Shown here: piece by piece, positions 62,941-64,000 of the stretch
Layout: each line of letters opens with the position of its first letter
Numbering within the stretch: position 1 is the stretch's first letter
Source: an uncultured archaeon
Lineage (GTDB): Archaea; Nanobdellota; Nanobdellia; Pacearchaeales; GW2011-AR1
Assembly: GCA_903866625.1 (NCBI GenBank)
Contig: CAIPOI010000008.1
Location: forward strand, 72,674-136,673
Direction of reading: 5' to 3'
DNA length: 64,000 nucleotides
Program-made: the position numbers and the translations under genes
The notes under the pieces: model-generated
The model's input: the letters and a program-made list of their open reading frames with translations, nothing else
What the model was told of the DNA's origin: nothing
The model's database searches: none

Positions 62941-63807
62941 ATGGAAAAAAAGATGATACTTGGTTTAACTTTATTTTTTTTAGGGTTAACTTTATCTTTT
63001 ACATCTGCTTTAGATAATTCTACAGGTAACTATAGCGAAAATAACTCCATGATTAATGATGCAGTGAATGTTTCTAGTTTAAATTTAGAACCCTTGGTGC
63101 TAAAAAACATCTTTCCAACTGAAATAAAATTAGGGGACAGTCAATTAAATCTTGAATTTTTAAATAATGGTTCTGGAGCTATTGAGAATATTATTGCCCT
63201 CATTAGTGGTGAAGGTTATTCTACTTATAATGTTATTCCTATTGATTCTCTTTCTCCTGGAGAGAAATCTTATGTTATTTTAAGCTCAAGATTTTCAAAA
63301 ACAGGAGATATTAATCTGACTATAAAAGCTAATAATCAAATTTTTTATAGAACTATCAAGGTTTATTCAGAGTCTTCAGTTAATATGACTGAAAAGATTA
63401 ATACTCTTACTGTTGGCTTGAATGAATTAAAGGATAAATACACTATTTTAGAAGAAGAAAAATCTCAAAAAGGCTCTGAAAATTATGATGTTTCTCAGAT
63501 TAGTTTAAGTGATCTAAAGAGTTTGATAAGACAGGCTCAAGAAGCTCTCTTAGAGGGAGATTATAATTCTGCTAATGCAAAATACAACCTTGCATTGGAC
63601 GAATATGCAGGTGTTAACGAAAAACTTACTAATGTTAAGAAGATATCTTTTGCTTCAACTTTAAAAAATAACTCCATTATTTTTTCTACAATTGCTGGTG
63701 CTCTTATTGCTTTTTTTACTCTCTATGAAATCTTAAAGAAGAAAAACCAAGTACTTAAGGAAAAACTTGGCGAGATGAAGATTAAAGAGAAAATTCTCAA
63801 AAAATGA
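62941..63807 (+). CDS. Surface protein with CARDB-like domain, coiled-coil stalk and C-terminal TM
   Basis: Signal peptide MEKKMILGLTLFFLGLTLSFTSA. ..LGDSQLNLEFLNNGSGAIENIIALI..IDSLSPGEKSYVIL..GDINLTIKA.. resembles the CARDB pattern. TM near the C-terminus. Confidence 0.6.
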   Translation: MEKKMILGLTLFFLGLTLSFTSALDNSTGNYSENNSMINDAVNVSSLNLEPLVLKNIFPTEIKLGDSQLNLEFLNNGSGAIENIIALISGEGYSTYNVIPIDSLSPGEKSYVILSSRFSKTGDINLTIKANNQIFYRTIKVYSESSVNMTEKINTLTVGLNELKDKYTILEEEKSQKGSENYDVSQISLSDLKSLIRQAQEALLEGDYNSANAKYNLALDEYAGVNEKLTNVKKISFASTLKNNSIIFSTIAGALIAFFTLYEILKKKNQVLKEKLGEMKIKEKILKK

Positions 63808-64000
63808 TAAGTTTAATTCCTTCTTTAGATAATTTTATCCAAGGAACAAATCTATACGCTCCTTGTACTTGTACTCCTTATCCCATAAGAGCTGAAGAGA
63901 TAATAGTTACTCCTGTTGGCAGAACTTTTGAAGGTTTTAGACCTGCTTTATTTGTTAATAGTCAACGAGTTAAACCACTTAAGGGTATTAATGGTTTAGT
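63804..64000 (+). CDS. 5' part of an unknown gene running off the window (MISLIPSLDNFIQGTNLYAPCTCTPYPIRAEE..)
   Basis: ATGA overlap with the preceding stop. Open to the window end. Confidence 0.4.
   Translation, partial: MISLIPSLDNFIQGTNLYAPCTCTPYPIRAEEIIVTPVGRTFEGFRPALFVNSQRVKPLKGINGL

Overview
AT-rich archaeal chromosome segment (about 30% GC by eye). Coding is dense and many genes are translationally coupled. TATA-like boxes (TTTAAATA / TTTATAAA) sit about 25-35 nt upstream of many start codons. Gene content and style suggest a small-genome DPANN-type archaeon; this is an inference, no marker phylogeny was run. Recognisable housekeeping genes: dph5, ileS, pdaD, trmY, an archaeal MtaB/CDKAL1-type methylthiotransferase, argS, tRNA-Leu(UAA), an SRP (7S) RNA, archease-rtcB, the CCA-adding enzyme, aCPSF1, aRNase J, proteasome alpha and beta, mre11-rad50, Pop5, the SBDS-rrp4-rrp41-rrp42 exosome cluster, rpoK-eno, a GT2 glycosyltransferase and a presenilin-like protease. 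The accessory content has three parts. (1) An ~8 kb archaeal type IV pilus locus (18.4-26.3 kb) with seven pilin-like genes, a FlaI/TadA-type ATPase and a platform protein split into two genes. (2) Two islands of very large Asn/Gly/Cys-rich membrane-anchored surface proteins (12.7-17.9 kb and 28.2-33.4 kb), plus a subtilase. (3) A ~4.6 kb block (36.86-41.44 kb) of ten uncharacterised genes in two divergent operons. This block holds a second TrmB-family regulator, a Pol-beta-type nucleotidyltransferase-like protein and three small single-pass membrane proteins. It is my best candidate for an undescribed system. No CRISPR array, transposase, integrase, reverse transcriptase or rRNA was seen. All functional calls come from reading motifs in the supplied translations; no database search was run.
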